Of a DNA stretch of 64,000 nt, positions 18,438 through 28,118 are shown piece by piece. Within the stretch, counting starts at the first letter, position 1. Each line of letters opens with the position of its first letter. A model generated the notes under the pieces. The model saw nothing but the letters and a program-made list of their open reading frames with translations, made no database searches and was not told the DNA's origin. The DNA is from Phycisphaerae bacterium (GTDB lineage Bacteria; Planctomycetota; Phycisphaerae; UBA1845; UTPLA1): the NCBI GenBank assembly GCA_035399845.1, contig DAOPJV010000001.1, positions 45,872-109,871 of the forward strand. The letters are read 5' to 3'. The translations under genes were made by a program, and so were the position numbers.

Positions 18438-21400
18438 ATGATCAAAAGCAAACGATGTCTGCCTGCGTTCATCGCGGGATGTCTGGTCGTCTCTCTGTTG
18501 TCGTTCGGTCTGATCGCCTCGTTCGATGGCAAATCGGGCGCCCGCGCGGGTGACGCGCAGGCGGCGGCTCAGCCGACGATCGCCGAGATTCCCGCCGGCT
18601 CCGAGGCGGTCGCCTCGGCGCTGGGGCGGATGATCGTGGCGGATACCGGGCGACGCGTGGGGCCTGAACGACTCGCTGAGATGGCCGAGCGGTTTCAGCA
18701 GCGCTGCGATCGCCCCGCGATTCCGATTCCGCAGTTGTGCTTCGCGCCGGATACACCGGATGACGTGATCTCGCAGTACGCCGCGACAGCCGGCCCGCGG
18801 TTCTTTCAGATCGATCGCTGGTCGCTGACGGCGAACGGCCCGACAGGTGGTGCGGGCGATCCGATCACGCTCACGTACAGCTTTCCCCCGGACGGCACGA
18901 CGATTCCCGTGATCGACGGCGTCAGTTTTCCTGCGGGCATCAACTCCTTCCGGGCGTGGATGAACGGCCTCTACGGCAGCGAACTCGTCTGGCGGCCCAT
19001 CTTCGCCGGTGTGTTCGCGCGATGGAGCCAGGTCGCCGGCATCACGTATGTGTACGAGCCGGCCGACGACGGCGCCCAGACGAACTTCTCGCCCGGTATT
19101 CTCGGCGTTCGCGGTGACCTTCGTATCTGCGGCAAGGTGCTGGACGGCAACAGCGGCGTCCTGGCGTACAACAACTTTCCCGATGACGGCGACATGGTCT
19201 TCGACGCCGGCGACAGCTTCTTCAATGACATGAGCAACAGCTCGCTGCGTCTGCGGAATGTCGCGGCGCACGAGCACGGCCATGGCATCGGCGAACTCCA
19301 CGTCTGCCCGCTTGATGAAATCAAGCTGATGGAACCGATCGCGTCCGTCGCATTCGACGGTCCGCAGCACGATGACATTCGCAACGCCCACGGCCACTAT
19401 GGTGATCCGTTCGAACCCGACAACACGCCGGCGACGGCGACGGATATCGGGGCGCTGGCGATTTCGTCGACCCAGACGATCGGTCTCGTCACTTCGCCGG
19501 CCATCAGCTTCGGTTCGCGACTGAGCATCGACGCCAACGGTGAGCAGGACTACTTCCGCTTCACTGTCGCAACGCCGGCTGCCGTGTCGGTGACAGTCAC
19601 GCCGATCGGAACGAATTACGAGGACGCGCCGCAGCAGTGTTCCTTCGGGACGGCCTTCTGCTGCACGGGGACATTCACGAACAGCCAGATTTCGGCGAAT
19701 CTCGGCGTGGAAGTCATCGCGTCAGACGGCTCGACGGTGCTGGGATCGGCCACGAGCGCCGCGGCGGGTGTCGCCGAGTCGCTTTCGGATGTGGTCCTCA
19801 ATCCGGCCGGGAATTACTACATTCGCGTCTTTGAGACGGCGTCGCAGAGTCAGCCGCAGCTCTATTGGCTGACGGTATCGCTCGACACGGTTCCGTTCAT
19901 TCCGTTGTCGCTGGCGCTGCCAGGTGGCGCCCCGACCGAGTTGACGCCCGGACAGCCGGAGACGTTTGTCGTGATCGTCACGCCCGGTGACGACACGCTG
20001 GTCGGAGGTTCCGTCCAGCTGCAGTATCGATTCGACGGCGGCGCGTTCGCGTCGGCGCCGGCCACACCGCTCGGCGGGAATGTCTTCGAAGTGACGCTGC
20101 CGGCCGCCAACTGCGGCGATTCGCCGGAGTTCTATGTTCAGGCGGAAGGCGCCGTCTCCGGAATCGTCACGCTTCCGTCCGGTGGCGCAGGCGCGCCGCT
20201 GACGGCCATCGTCGGATCCTTCGCAACCCAGTTCAGCGATAATGGTGAGACCGACCTGGGCTGGAGCGTCTCCGGCAATGCGACAGATGGCCAGTGGGAT
20301 CGCGGTGTCCCGGAGAACAATGATCGCGGCGATCCGCCGGCGGACTTCGACGGCAGCGGACAGTGCTGGCTGACGGACAACGATCCGAGCAACACCAACT
20401 CCGACGTTGACGGCGGCAGCACGATTCTGACGTCGCCGGTGATCGATCTCTCGGCGCTTCCCGATGCGACGATTCGCTACGCGCGCTGGTTCGACAACAC
20501 GGCCGGCAGCGCCGCTGGCGAAGACACGATGGTCGTCGAAGTCTCGAACAACGGCGGCGGTTCGTGGACGACAATGGAAACGATCGGCCCGTCGACCGCC
20601 GAGTCGTCGGGCGGCTGGTTCGAAGTGGAGTACACGATCTCCGATTTCGTTGCGCCGACGGCTTCGTTCCGGATTCGGTTCACGGCGTCGGACACGGGCT
20701 CGGGCTCAGTGGTGGAGGCGGGCGTTGACGCCATTCAGATCAGCGGCGTTGACTGCAATGTCGTGATTCAGGAGCCCCAGCCGCCGACGGGTGTGAGCGC
20801 GACGGACGCGACATCCTGCGATGATGTGGTCGTGACGTGGACTGCGTCCGCGACGGCTGACGATTACGACGTGTATCGCAATTCTGTCGATGATTCGGGA
20901 ACAGCGATGTTGATCGCGACGGGCCTGGTCGCGACGAATTACGTTGACGCGACGGCGACGCCGGGCGACGTGTCGTTCTACTGGGTCCGAGCCTGCAACG
21001 GCGCCGGATGCAGTGGCTTCAGCCTCCCGGATTCCGGTTCTCGCGCCGATGTTCCGGGGCAGCCCCAGGGCGTGTCGGCGTCGAGCGGCGACGTTTGTGG
21101 CGCCATCGAAGTGAGCTGGTCCGCGCTGGCCGGCGTGACGCAGTATCGCGTCTATCGAAATACAACGTCCGACTTCGGTACGGCGATTGATCTCGCGACG
21201 GTTCCGGCTGGTCAGACGTCACTGGTCGACGCCGACGTGGATATACCCACGCCGTACTTCTACTGGGTGGCGGCCGAGAACACGTGTGGCGTCGGCAATG
21301 AAAGCGCCGCCGCTCAGGGCGCGGCCGCAATTCGTGGTGACTTCAACCTCGATGGGCTTCGCAATGGTGACGACATCAGCGGCATGGTCGCGGCACTGCT

Positions 21401-21503
21401 GGGCGACGCCTCGCTGGCGCCCTGTGCGGACCTTGCGACGCCGCTCGGTGTTGTGGACGCGATGGACGCCGCCGCCTTCGTTTCGATCCTCGTTGGCCCG
21501 TAA
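18438..21503 (+). CDS. Secreted multidomain metzincin: M10-like Zn protease, PPC domain, MAM/lectin-like domain, 2 Fn3-like repeats, dockerin-like C-terminus
   Basis: Signal/TM MIKSKRCLPAFIAGCLVVSLLSFGLIASF. LTYSFPPDG and HEHGHGIGELH match HExxHxxGxxH. The PPC motif is GDPFEPDNTPATATDIG. GQWDRG...DFDGSGQCWLTDND...DVDGGSTILTSPVIDL is MAM/lectin-like. There are two ~95-aa repeats (C..V.V.W....A..Y.VYRN...FYWV.A.N.CG). The C-terminus is GDFNLDGLRNGDDISGMVAALLG. Confidence 0.9.
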   Translation: MIKSKRCLPAFIAGCLVVSLLSFGLIASFDGKSGARAGDAQAAAQPTIAEIPAGSEAVASALGRMIVADTGRRVGPERLAEMAERFQQRCDRPAIPIPQLCFAPDTPDDVISQYAATAGPRFFQIDRWSLTANGPTGGAGDPITLTYSFPPDGTTIPVIDGVSFPAGINSFRAWMNGLYGSELVWRPIFAGVFARWSQVAGITYVYEPADDGAQTNFSPGILGVRGDLRICGKVLDGNSGVLAYNNFPDDGDMVFDAGDSFFNDMSNSSLRLRNVAAHEHGHGIGELHVCPLDEIKLMEPIASVAFDGPQHDDIRNAHGHYGDPFEPDNTPATATDIGALAISSTQTIGLVTSPAISFGSRLSIDANGEQDYFRFTVATPAAVSVTVTPIGTNYEDAPQQCSFGTAFCCTGTFTNSQISANLGVEVIASDGSTVLGSATSAAAGVAESLSDVVLNPAGNYYIRVFETASQSQPQLYWLTVSLDTVPFIPLSLALPGGAPTELTPGQPETFVVIVTPGDDTLVGGSVQLQYRFDGGAFASAPATPLGGNVFEVTLPAANCGDSPEFYVQAEGAVSGIVTLPSGGAGAPLTAIVGSFATQFSDNGETDLGWSVSGNATDGQWDRGVPENNDRGDPPADFDGSGQCWLTDNDPSNTNSDVDGGSTILTSPVIDLSALPDATIRYARWFDNTAGSAAGEDTMVVEVSNNGGGSWTTMETIGPSTAESSGGWFEVEYTISDFVAPTASFRIRFTASDTGSGSVVEAGVDAIQISGVDCNVVIQEPQPPTGVSATDATSCDDVVVTWTASATADDYDVYRNSVDDSGTAMLIATGLVATNYVDATATPGDVSFYWVRACNGAGCSGFSLPDSGSRADVPGQPQGVSASSGDVCGAIEVSWSALAGVTQYRVYRNTTSDFGTAIDLATVPAGQTSLVDADVDIPTPYFYWVAAENTCGVGNESAAAQGAAAIRGDFNLDGLRNGDDISGMVAALLGDASLAPCADLATPLGVVDAMDAAAFVSILVGP

Positions 21504-21762
21504 CGACGTCGTGATCGGTCGTTGGTAGCGTTATCAGTCGGAGTAAATATGGGGCGATCGTCAACCGACGACTGGGGTTTGCGGCTGCGAATCGCCTATA
21601 ATTTATGTTCGTTTCCCGCATTGCGATCTCATCCGGGGGCGTTGCGGGTGGCGGAAGGTGGAGTGGTTTTCGTTCTCAATCGTCAGGGTGGACGTGACAC
21701 GTGCGAGCGGCACGCGCGCAGGATGTCTCGTTGATTCCCCATTCTGATTCTGGAGGTAGTTG

Positions 21763-24700
21763 ATGTTCTCAAAGTTCATGTTCCGCGCGAGCGGTGTGGT
21801 CGGCGCCGTTGCGCTGGTGATGTGGGGGGCGACTGCGCTGACGGCGTCGCGTCAGAATGAAGACAGGGCGGCCCGCGCGGTTCAGGCTGAAGCGCCGAGG
21901 GTGGCGCCTGCGACGGACGTGGACATTGTTGCGGAAGCGGAGACGGAGATTCCGCCCGCGGCGTCTGTGGATGAGAGCATCGCGCGAGTCCAGGAACTCG
22001 CGACGGGGATGACGGCGTCCGGGGAATCGGGCATGCAGGTCTGTTTCCAGGCCGGGACGCCGCAGGAAGTGGTTTCGTCGTTCTGCGAAGTGAATCCTCT
22101 CCTGTGTGGAGAGATGCCCGACGGCAGCCCGCGGTTTCAGTTCGCCTTCCGCTGGCCGGGAACCCTGGGAACTCCTCGTTCGCTGACATGGAGCATTGTG
22201 CCGGACGGCGTGGCGATCACGTCCGTCGGTGGCAGCCCGGGCAGCGAGGTCTTTTCGCGACTGGATTCGCAGTTCTCGAACAATGGTGGCCGCGCCGTAT
22301 GGATCGGCCTGCTCGAGGATTGTTTCGATCGATGGTCCGAACTCTCGGGCACGAGCTACACGCGCATCACGTCCGGCGGCAATGACTGGGATGATGGCGC
22401 CGCATGGGGAACCTCGGGTGGCGCGGGTCGAGGAGACATCCGAATTGCGATGGTCAATCTCGACGGGCCGAACAACGTTCTTGCGTTCAACAGCTTCCCC
22501 GGCAGCGGCACGGGCGGCGACATGGTGCTCGATCGGTCGGAAACGTGGGACCAGACGTCCAACAACTTCCGGTTCCTTCGCGACGTCGTGATGCACGAAC
22601 ACGGCCACGGTCTCGGTTTCGAGCACGTCTGCCCGATTATTCCGACGTCCAACGGCCGATTGATGGAGCCGTTCATCAACACGAATTTCGACGGACCGCA
22701 GCATGACGACATTCGCGTCGTGCAGTTCGCCTACGGCGATGCGTTCGAATCGAATGACACGTCCGCGACGGCGACCAATCTCGGCGCCGTGTCGATCGGC
22801 CAGACGCTCACGCCCGGGACAGTGCCCGCGCCCACGCCCACGTCGGCGAGTTCGCTGTTGAGTATTCACAATAACGGTGATCAGGACTTCTACAGCATCA
22901 CGACATCCGAGCCGACGAGCCTCATCGTCACCGTGTCGCCGCTGGGGTTCTCGTATGACTCAAGCGTTCAGGCGTGCGGCACGTTCGGCGATGACTGCTG
23001 CTCCGGCAACGTCATCAACAGCCTGACGATGGCCGACCTCGAGCTGCAGGTGATTTCGACGAACGGCACATCCGTTCTCGCGACGGCCGACACGCAGGGC
23101 GTCGGGCTGCCGGAAACGATCTCGAACGTCGTTCTCGGCGCGGCCGGCACCTACTTCATCCGCGTTTATGAAGGAAACACGCCGACGGAGAGTCAGCTGT
23201 ACAGCCTGTCGATTCAGGTGCAGACCTCTTCCATCGTTCAGGCGGAGATCTCGCTCCCCAACGGGGCGCCATCCACGCTGACGCCCGGACAGCCGACGAC
23301 CTTCCCGGTTCAGATCGATCCGAACGACGCCACGATTACGCCGGGCAGCGAAGTCCTCGTCTATTCGCTCGGCGGCCAGGTGAACTCGACGCCGCTGACG
23401 CCGCTCGGCGGAAACATGTGGGAGGCGACGTTCCCGCCGGCGACGTGTGATGACACGCCGTCCTTCTTCATCTCGATCTTCGCCACTGTGGCCAACACGT
23501 CGACCTTCGTTCGCATGCCCGTCGGGGCGCCGACGGATCAGTTCCGGCCGATCGTTTCGAGCGGTCAGACGACGTTCTTCTCCGACAACGGCAATACCGA
23601 CATGGGCTGGACGGTCTCAGGCAACGCAACCGCCGGTATCTGGAATCGTGGCGCGCCGCTGGGTGGTGGTGATCGCGGTGATCCCGCCGCCGACTCGGAT
23701 GGTTCCGGCCAGTGCTGGCTGACGGACCGGGCGGATGGCGACACGGACGTGGACGGCGGAACGACGACGCTGACGTCGCCCGTATTCGATCTCTCGAACG
23801 GCGGTGTCATCAGCTACGACTACTGGTTCAATGACACGACGGGCGGCCAGTTCGATTCCGACACGTATGTCGTCGAAGTGGCGACGGACGCCGGAGGTAC
23901 GAACTGGACGGCGCTTCGCACCTACACGACGTCGTCGAGCGCCTGGCGATCCGACTCGATCACTGTCGGCGCCGAAGTCGCGGCGTCATCGACGATTCGT
24001 GTGCGATTCTCCGTGTCCGATCTTGGCGCCGGCACGGTTGTCGAGGGCGGCCTGGACGCCATCGAAGTGACGACCACTGAGTGTGTTGACGCTCAGGTGC
24101 CCCCGGCGGCGCCGACGGGCGTGAGCGCTTCGACCAACAGCTTCTGCGATCGCGTCAGCCTGTCATGGACGGCGTCTGTCGATGCGGATGACTACGACGT
24201 CTATCGAAACACGGTCGATAACTCCGGTTCCGCCACGCTGCTTCAGTCGGGCGTTCTCGGCGTGAGCTATGACGATATGACCGCGACGCCCGGCGTGAAC
24301 TACTTCTACTGGGTGCAGGCGTGCAACGGCGCCGGATGCAGCGGCTTCAGCAGCCCGTCGGCGTCGGGCGCTGCCGCGACAGCCGTCACGCAGGTCACAG
24401 GCGTCAACGCGACGGACACCAACTGCGGAAACGTTCAGGTGACCTGGTCCGCCGTCACGAGCGCGACGAGCTACGAGATCTTCCGCAATACCGTGGATGA
24501 CAGCGGCTCGGCGACGATGATCGGTTCGTCGGGGACGACGAGCTACACCGACAACGCCGCCATCGCCTACACGGGCTACTTCTACTTCGTTCGGGCGACG
24601 AACGCGTGTGGCGCCGGGGCCTTCTCACTGAGCAACCCCGGCATGGCGCTGGCCGCTGGCGCGCCGCCCGCGAATCTGGCCGCCAGTAATGATCGCTGCA

Positions 24701-25641
24701 CCGACGTGAGCGTGACATGGGACGCCGTGCCGGACGCTGTCCTTTACGAGGTGTTCCGAAACACGGTCGACAACTTCGCGACAGCGTCGCTGGCCTATGT
24801 CGTGTTCGCGCCGGACGTGATCGATAACTCGGCCCTCGTGAACACCCCTTACTTCTACTGGGTGCGATCGACCAACTCGTGCGGCGCCGCGACGCCGACG
24901 GTTTCCGCCTCGGGTATTCGCGTCGGCGGGCTGGCGACGGCGCCGTCCAATGTCGCCGCGTCCGACGATCAGTGCGGCATGGTTCGCGTGACCTGGGACG
25001 CCCTCGTTGGCGCCACAAGTTACGAAGTCTTCCGCAACACGGTCGACAACCCCGGCACGGCGACGTCGCTCGGAACGACGGCTGCGACGATGTTTGACGA
25101 CAACACGGCGACGCCGTCCGTGACGTACTTCTACTACGTCTCGGCCAGCAACGCCTGTGCCGCCGGTCCGCTGAGCGCGGGCGACAGCGGCGTCACCTCC
25201 GACGCCCCGATGGCGCCGACGAACGTCGCCGCGACGAATGACGCGTGCGGTCTCGTCGAGGTCACGTGGGACAGCGTCGCCGGCGCGACGAGCTACGAAG
25301 TCTTCCGCAACACGGTCGACGATGGTGGTTCGGCGGTCTCACTGGGGACGATCGGCGTGACGAGCTTTGACGATGCGAGCGCCGCCGACGGCGTGACGTA
25401 TTTCTACTTCGTCAGCGCTTCGACGGATTGTGGTGACACGGGCCTCAGCGCCAGCGCCAGTGGCGAGACAGGTCTCCTCGGCGACATGAATCGCGATGGC
25501 GACATCAACGGTCTCGACGCCCAGGGATTTGTCGGCGCCGCAATCGGAACCTACGACACGTGTGCGGATCTGGTGGCGCCGTTTGGTGTGATCGATAACG
25601 ACGATCTGCTGGCGTTTGCCGCCCTGTTGCTCGGCGCGTAA
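21763..25641 (+). CDS. Paralogous secreted metzincin with 5 Fn3-like repeats and a dockerin-like C-terminus
   Basis: GGAGG at 21753-21757. The signal is MFSKFMFRASGVVGAVALVMWGATALTA. It has HEHGHGLGFEH, the PPC motif GDAFESNDTSATATNLG, GDRGDPAADSDGSGQCWLTDR...DVDGGTTTLTSPVFDL, five repeats of ...C..V.VTW.AV..A.SYE(V/I)FRNTVD..G.A..., and the C-terminus GDMNRDGDINGLDAQGFVGAAIG. Confidence 0.9.
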   Translation: MFSKFMFRASGVVGAVALVMWGATALTASRQNEDRAARAVQAEAPRVAPATDVDIVAEAETEIPPAASVDESIARVQELATGMTASGESGMQVCFQAGTPQEVVSSFCEVNPLLCGEMPDGSPRFQFAFRWPGTLGTPRSLTWSIVPDGVAITSVGGSPGSEVFSRLDSQFSNNGGRAVWIGLLEDCFDRWSELSGTSYTRITSGGNDWDDGAAWGTSGGAGRGDIRIAMVNLDGPNNVLAFNSFPGSGTGGDMVLDRSETWDQTSNNFRFLRDVVMHEHGHGLGFEHVCPIIPTSNGRLMEPFINTNFDGPQHDDIRVVQFAYGDAFESNDTSATATNLGAVSIGQTLTPGTVPAPTPTSASSLLSIHNNGDQDFYSITTSEPTSLIVTVSPLGFSYDSSVQACGTFGDDCCSGNVINSLTMADLELQVISTNGTSVLATADTQGVGLPETISNVVLGAAGTYFIRVYEGNTPTESQLYSLSIQVQTSSIVQAEISLPNGAPSTLTPGQPTTFPVQIDPNDATITPGSEVLVYSLGGQVNSTPLTPLGGNMWEATFPPATCDDTPSFFISIFATVANTSTFVRMPVGAPTDQFRPIVSSGQTTFFSDNGNTDMGWTVSGNATAGIWNRGAPLGGGDRGDPAADSDGSGQCWLTDRADGDTDVDGGTTTLTSPVFDLSNGGVISYDYWFNDTTGGQFDSDTYVVEVATDAGGTNWTALRTYTTSSSAWRSDSITVGAEVAASSTIRVRFSVSDLGAGTVVEGGLDAIEVTTTECVDAQVPPAAPTGVSASTNSFCDRVSLSWTASVDADDYDVYRNTVDNSGSATLLQSGVLGVSYDDMTATPGVNYFYWVQACNGAGCSGFSSPSASGAAATAVTQVTGVNATDTNCGNVQVTWSAVTSATSYEIFRNTVDDSGSATMIGSSGTTSYTDNAAIAYTGYFYFVRATNACGAGAFSLSNPGMALAAGAPPANLAASNDRCTDVSVTWDAVPDAVLYEVFRNTVDNFATASLAYVVFAPDVIDNSALVNTPYFYWVRSTNSCGAATPTVSASGIRVGGLATAPSNVAASDDQCGMVRVTWDALVGATSYEVFRNTVDNPGTATSLGTTAATMFDDNTATPSVTYFYYVSASNACAAGPLSAGDSGVTSDAPMAPTNVAATNDACGLVEVTWDSVAGATSYEVFRNTVDDGGSAVSLGTIGVTSFDDASAADGVTYFYFVSASTDCGDTGLSASASGETGLLGDMNRDGDINGLDAQGFVGAAIGTYDTCADLVAPFGVIDNDDLLAFAALLLGA

Positions 25642-25672
25642 AGGTTACCGTTACATTTCTGTAATAAATGAC

Positions 25673-25706
25673 GCCGCGGGTCGTACGCCGACCCGCGGCT
25701 TTTTTT
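25673..25706 (+). terminator. Intrinsic terminator
   Basis: Perfect 11-bp stem gccgcgggtcg/cgacccgcggc with a 5-nt loop, followed by a run of 7 T, 32 nt after the stop at 25641. Confidence 0.75.
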
Positions 25707-26099
25707 GTTTCGCTGTTGTCGATGCGCCTTGGCGTTTTCGGCGCGCCTATAATTCGAGGCACGAAGCATTTGGGCGACGGGCGTGTCAGCCCACGTTTGA
25801 CCGCGACCTTCCTCTCTCCGGCCCGAACACTCGCGATCGAACAGACATGCCCGCCGCCCGAACTTTTTCCCCGGGGCGCCGGATTCTCCTGGCAACAGAC
25901 GAGTCGTGGACAGGCGTGACTTCGGGGGATTTTCGTGGCGGATTTCACGTCCGAATGTCGGGATCCCAAGCTATCCGAGGCGGCAATTTGTGCCGATAGA
26001 ATCTCGTCGCCCGGTCGAGTTGTTTCGCCGGCGCCCAAAAACGGGGGAAAGGTCCCGAATGTTGTTTCGGGGCCAATCATGGGCCGATAGGATACGGGT

Positions 26100-26585
26100 A
26101 TGACCCAGAATGCATACGGTTACGAGACGGCGGAAGGGTTCGCTTCACCCGGTGTTCGACAGCTGTCGGTCTTCCTGGACGATCGTGTCGGCGCCCTGAT
26201 GCACCTGTTCCAGGCGTTCGAAGGGACGGACATCCGCGTCGTCGGCATGTCGGTCGTCCACGCGATTGACTGTGCGATCGTCCGAATTATCTGTGACGAT
26301 ACGGACCACGCGATCAGCGCCCTCCAGAACCGGAAGTTCGCCGTCAGCCAGGCGGAACTCGTTGTTGTGGAAATGCCCGCCGGACACGGCCTGCGATCCA
26401 TCTGCTCGGCCCTGATCGCCGGCGAGATCAATATCGACTACGCCTATCCGCTTCTGACCCGACCGACGGGGCGCCCCGCCCTGGCGATTCATACGGACGA
26501 CCTGGAGACGGCCGTTCGCCTGCTTCGCGGTCGCAAGTTCACCGTCCTCAGCGAGAACGACCTCGGCCCCGGCGAAATCCGCTAG
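26100..26585 (+). CDS. ACT-domain (amino-acid-binding) protein
   Basis: Two ACT-like beta-alpha-beta-beta-alpha-beta units: QLSVFLDDRVGALMHLFQAFEGTDIRVVGMSV... and VVVEMPAGHGLRSICSALIAGEINIDYAY. Confidence 0.75.
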   Translation: MTQNAYGYETAEGFASPGVRQLSVFLDDRVGALMHLFQAFEGTDIRVVGMSVVHAIDCAIVRIICDDTDHAISALQNRKFAVSQAELVVVEMPAGHGLRSICSALIAGEINIDYAYPLLTRPTGRPALAIHTDDLETAVRLLRGRKFTVLSENDLGPGEIR

Positions 26586-26630
26586 GGGGCCGCGGCGACA
26601 CCCCGATCATTCGACAGTCGTGATCCCGCG

Positions 26631-26658
26631 TGACGAATGCCGGAATGCTCGATAGAAT
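26631..26658 (+). promoter_or_regulatory. Candidate sigma-70-type promoter for tRNA-Val
   Basis: TGACGA (26631-26636), a 16-nt spacer, then TAGAAT (26653-26658), about 50 nt upstream of the tRNA 5' end. This is a motif match only. Confidence 0.35.
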
Positions 26659-26706
26659 CCCGCGTTCGGTGTCGGGGCCGTTTGAGCCCTGCGCCGGAAG
26701 AATGCC

Positions 26707-26780
26707 GGGCGCTTAGCTCAGTTGGCTAGAGCATCTCGCTTACACCGAGAGGGTCGGGGGTTCGAGTCCCTCAGCGCCCA
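26707..26780 (+). tRNA. tRNA-Val (anticodon TAC)
   Basis: Hand-folded cloverleaf. Acceptor GGGCGCT/AGCGCCC, D stem GCTC/GAGC, anticodon stem TCTCG/CGAGA with loop CTTACAC, T stem GGGGG/CCCTC (one G-T pair) with loop TTCGAGT, discriminator A. No CCA is encoded. Confidence 0.9.
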
Positions 26781-28032
26781 ATCCCGCCATTTTGTCTAAA
26801 TACGAATCAGATTGAATAGTGACGAAAACCCCTGTATTTGCAGGGGTTTCCGCGCGTTCGTCGTCGATCGCGTTCTCGTCCGTGCAAGGCGATTCCTGCA
26901 CAGACTGCAGCGCATTCTGCAGCGCTTCGCAGCGCGCCGCCCGATCGAAGTGCTCGTCCGTGATCTGCAGGTAGTGCTTTTGTGCGACCGTCTGCGAGTT
27001 CCCGATCCAGGCGCAGACGACATGGGCCGGATAGGTTTCGGCCAGCTCCGTCTCACGGGTCGATCGGAGATTGTGAAAGAGTTTCGGCCACGGCTGGAGC
27101 TTGGCCCGTGCGATGATCCGCTTGAGCTGGGTCCGCAGGTTGACGGATGTATCCCGATAGCGGGAGATCAGGAATTCCGCCCCCGGCTCGGCCAGCTCGA
27201 AAGCGTCCTCCAGCAGGGGGCGCAACTCGGGAAAGATCGGGATTTCGCGGGACTCGCCCCCGACGTGATGCTCGGTCTTGGGGCTCGGGACCGTGATCCG
27301 GGACCGATCCCAATCGATGTGATCCCAGCGAATCGCCAGTGTCTCGGAGGGGCATCGGACGCCGCCGTATCGCGACAGGCCGAACAGGAGCCGCCATTCG
27401 GCGTCCGGGCATTTGTCGATGATCCGCTCGGCGTCGGCTCGGGAGACGAAATACTCGCGGGTCTTGTTCGCCCGGATCGCCCCGACCAGATGGCCGAATG
27501 GGTTTTCGCGGATCAGCTTCCGACGGACCGCCGCGCGAAAGAACTGTTTGGCAATCCCGCAGCGTCGTCGGCAGGTGTTGTCCGACAGCTCTTCCGTCGA
27601 TTTCAGGTTCGCCCGCCACGCGTCGGCGTCGGCTTCCGTGATCGTCCGCAGGGGCTTGTCCTTGCCGAAGTAATCAATCAGGTTGCGGCGCGTGTGTCCC
27701 CAGATCGTGCGCGTCGAGTCCTTCACGTCGGATCGCTCGGCGAAGTAGGCGTCCAGAAATTCGCCGAGCGTTGCGATGATCGCCTTGGGGATCAGATCGA
27801 CTGCCGCGAGCTTGTTCGTCATTGGGGCGTCGAGCTGGGCGATCCATCGGGCGGTTTCATCGGGGACTGCGTGTCCCGTGATCGACGCCGAGATCAGATC
27901 CTCGACACGCAGCTTGACCGACTCGGCGGCGCGACGCGCGACCTTGCCGAGCCGGATCGTCTGGCGCTTTCCGGCGCGATCGTAGAACTGGATCAGGCGG
28001 CGTCCGTCTTTGAGTTTCGAGATACTGGCCAT
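26740..28032 (-). CDS. int: Tyrosine recombinase (phage-type integrase)
   Basis: SAM-like N-terminal domain. Catalytic-type residues are ...GGVRCPSETLAIRW..., HNLRSTRETELAE and AQKHYLQ (Tyr). The 3' end overlaps the tRNA, and the stop TAA is the reverse complement of the anticodon-loop TTA at 26740-26742. Confidence 0.9.
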   Translation of the reverse strand: MASISKLKDGRRLIQFYDRAGKRQTIRLGKVARRAAESVKLRVEDLISASITGHAVPDETARWIAQLDAPMTNKLAAVDLIPKAIIATLGEFLDAYFAERSDVKDSTRTIWGHTRRNLIDYFGKDKPLRTITEADADAWRANLKSTEELSDNTCRRRCGIAKQFFRAAVRRKLIRENPFGHLVGAIRANKTREYFVSRADAERIIDKCPDAEWRLLFGLSRYGGVRCPSETLAIRWDHIDWDRSRITVPSPKTEHHVGGESREIPIFPELRPLLEDAFELAEPGAEFLISRYRDTSVNLRTQLKRIIARAKLQPWPKLFHNLRSTRETELAETYPAHVVCAWIGNSQTVAQKHYLQITDEHFDRAARCEALQNALQSVQESPCTDENAIDDERAETPANTGVFVTIQSDSYLDKMAGLGAEGLEPPTLSV

Positions 28033-28118
28033 GTTTCAATCCTTCGGTAGTCTGAAGTAGACACTTGTAGTCTACCTTGCGCTTCCGTGCGGCGCAATTC
28101 AATTCCATGCATGATTCT

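Noticed and set aside
25707-26099. The 390-bp gene-free region before the ACT gene was examined for a structured RNA or a promoter (TAGAAT at 25997-26002, TATAAT-like at 25748).
   Set aside because: There is no convincing -35 partner, only short hairpins, and no resemblance I can recognise to RNase P, tmRNA, 6S, SRP or riboswitch cores. It needs an Infernal/Rfam scan.
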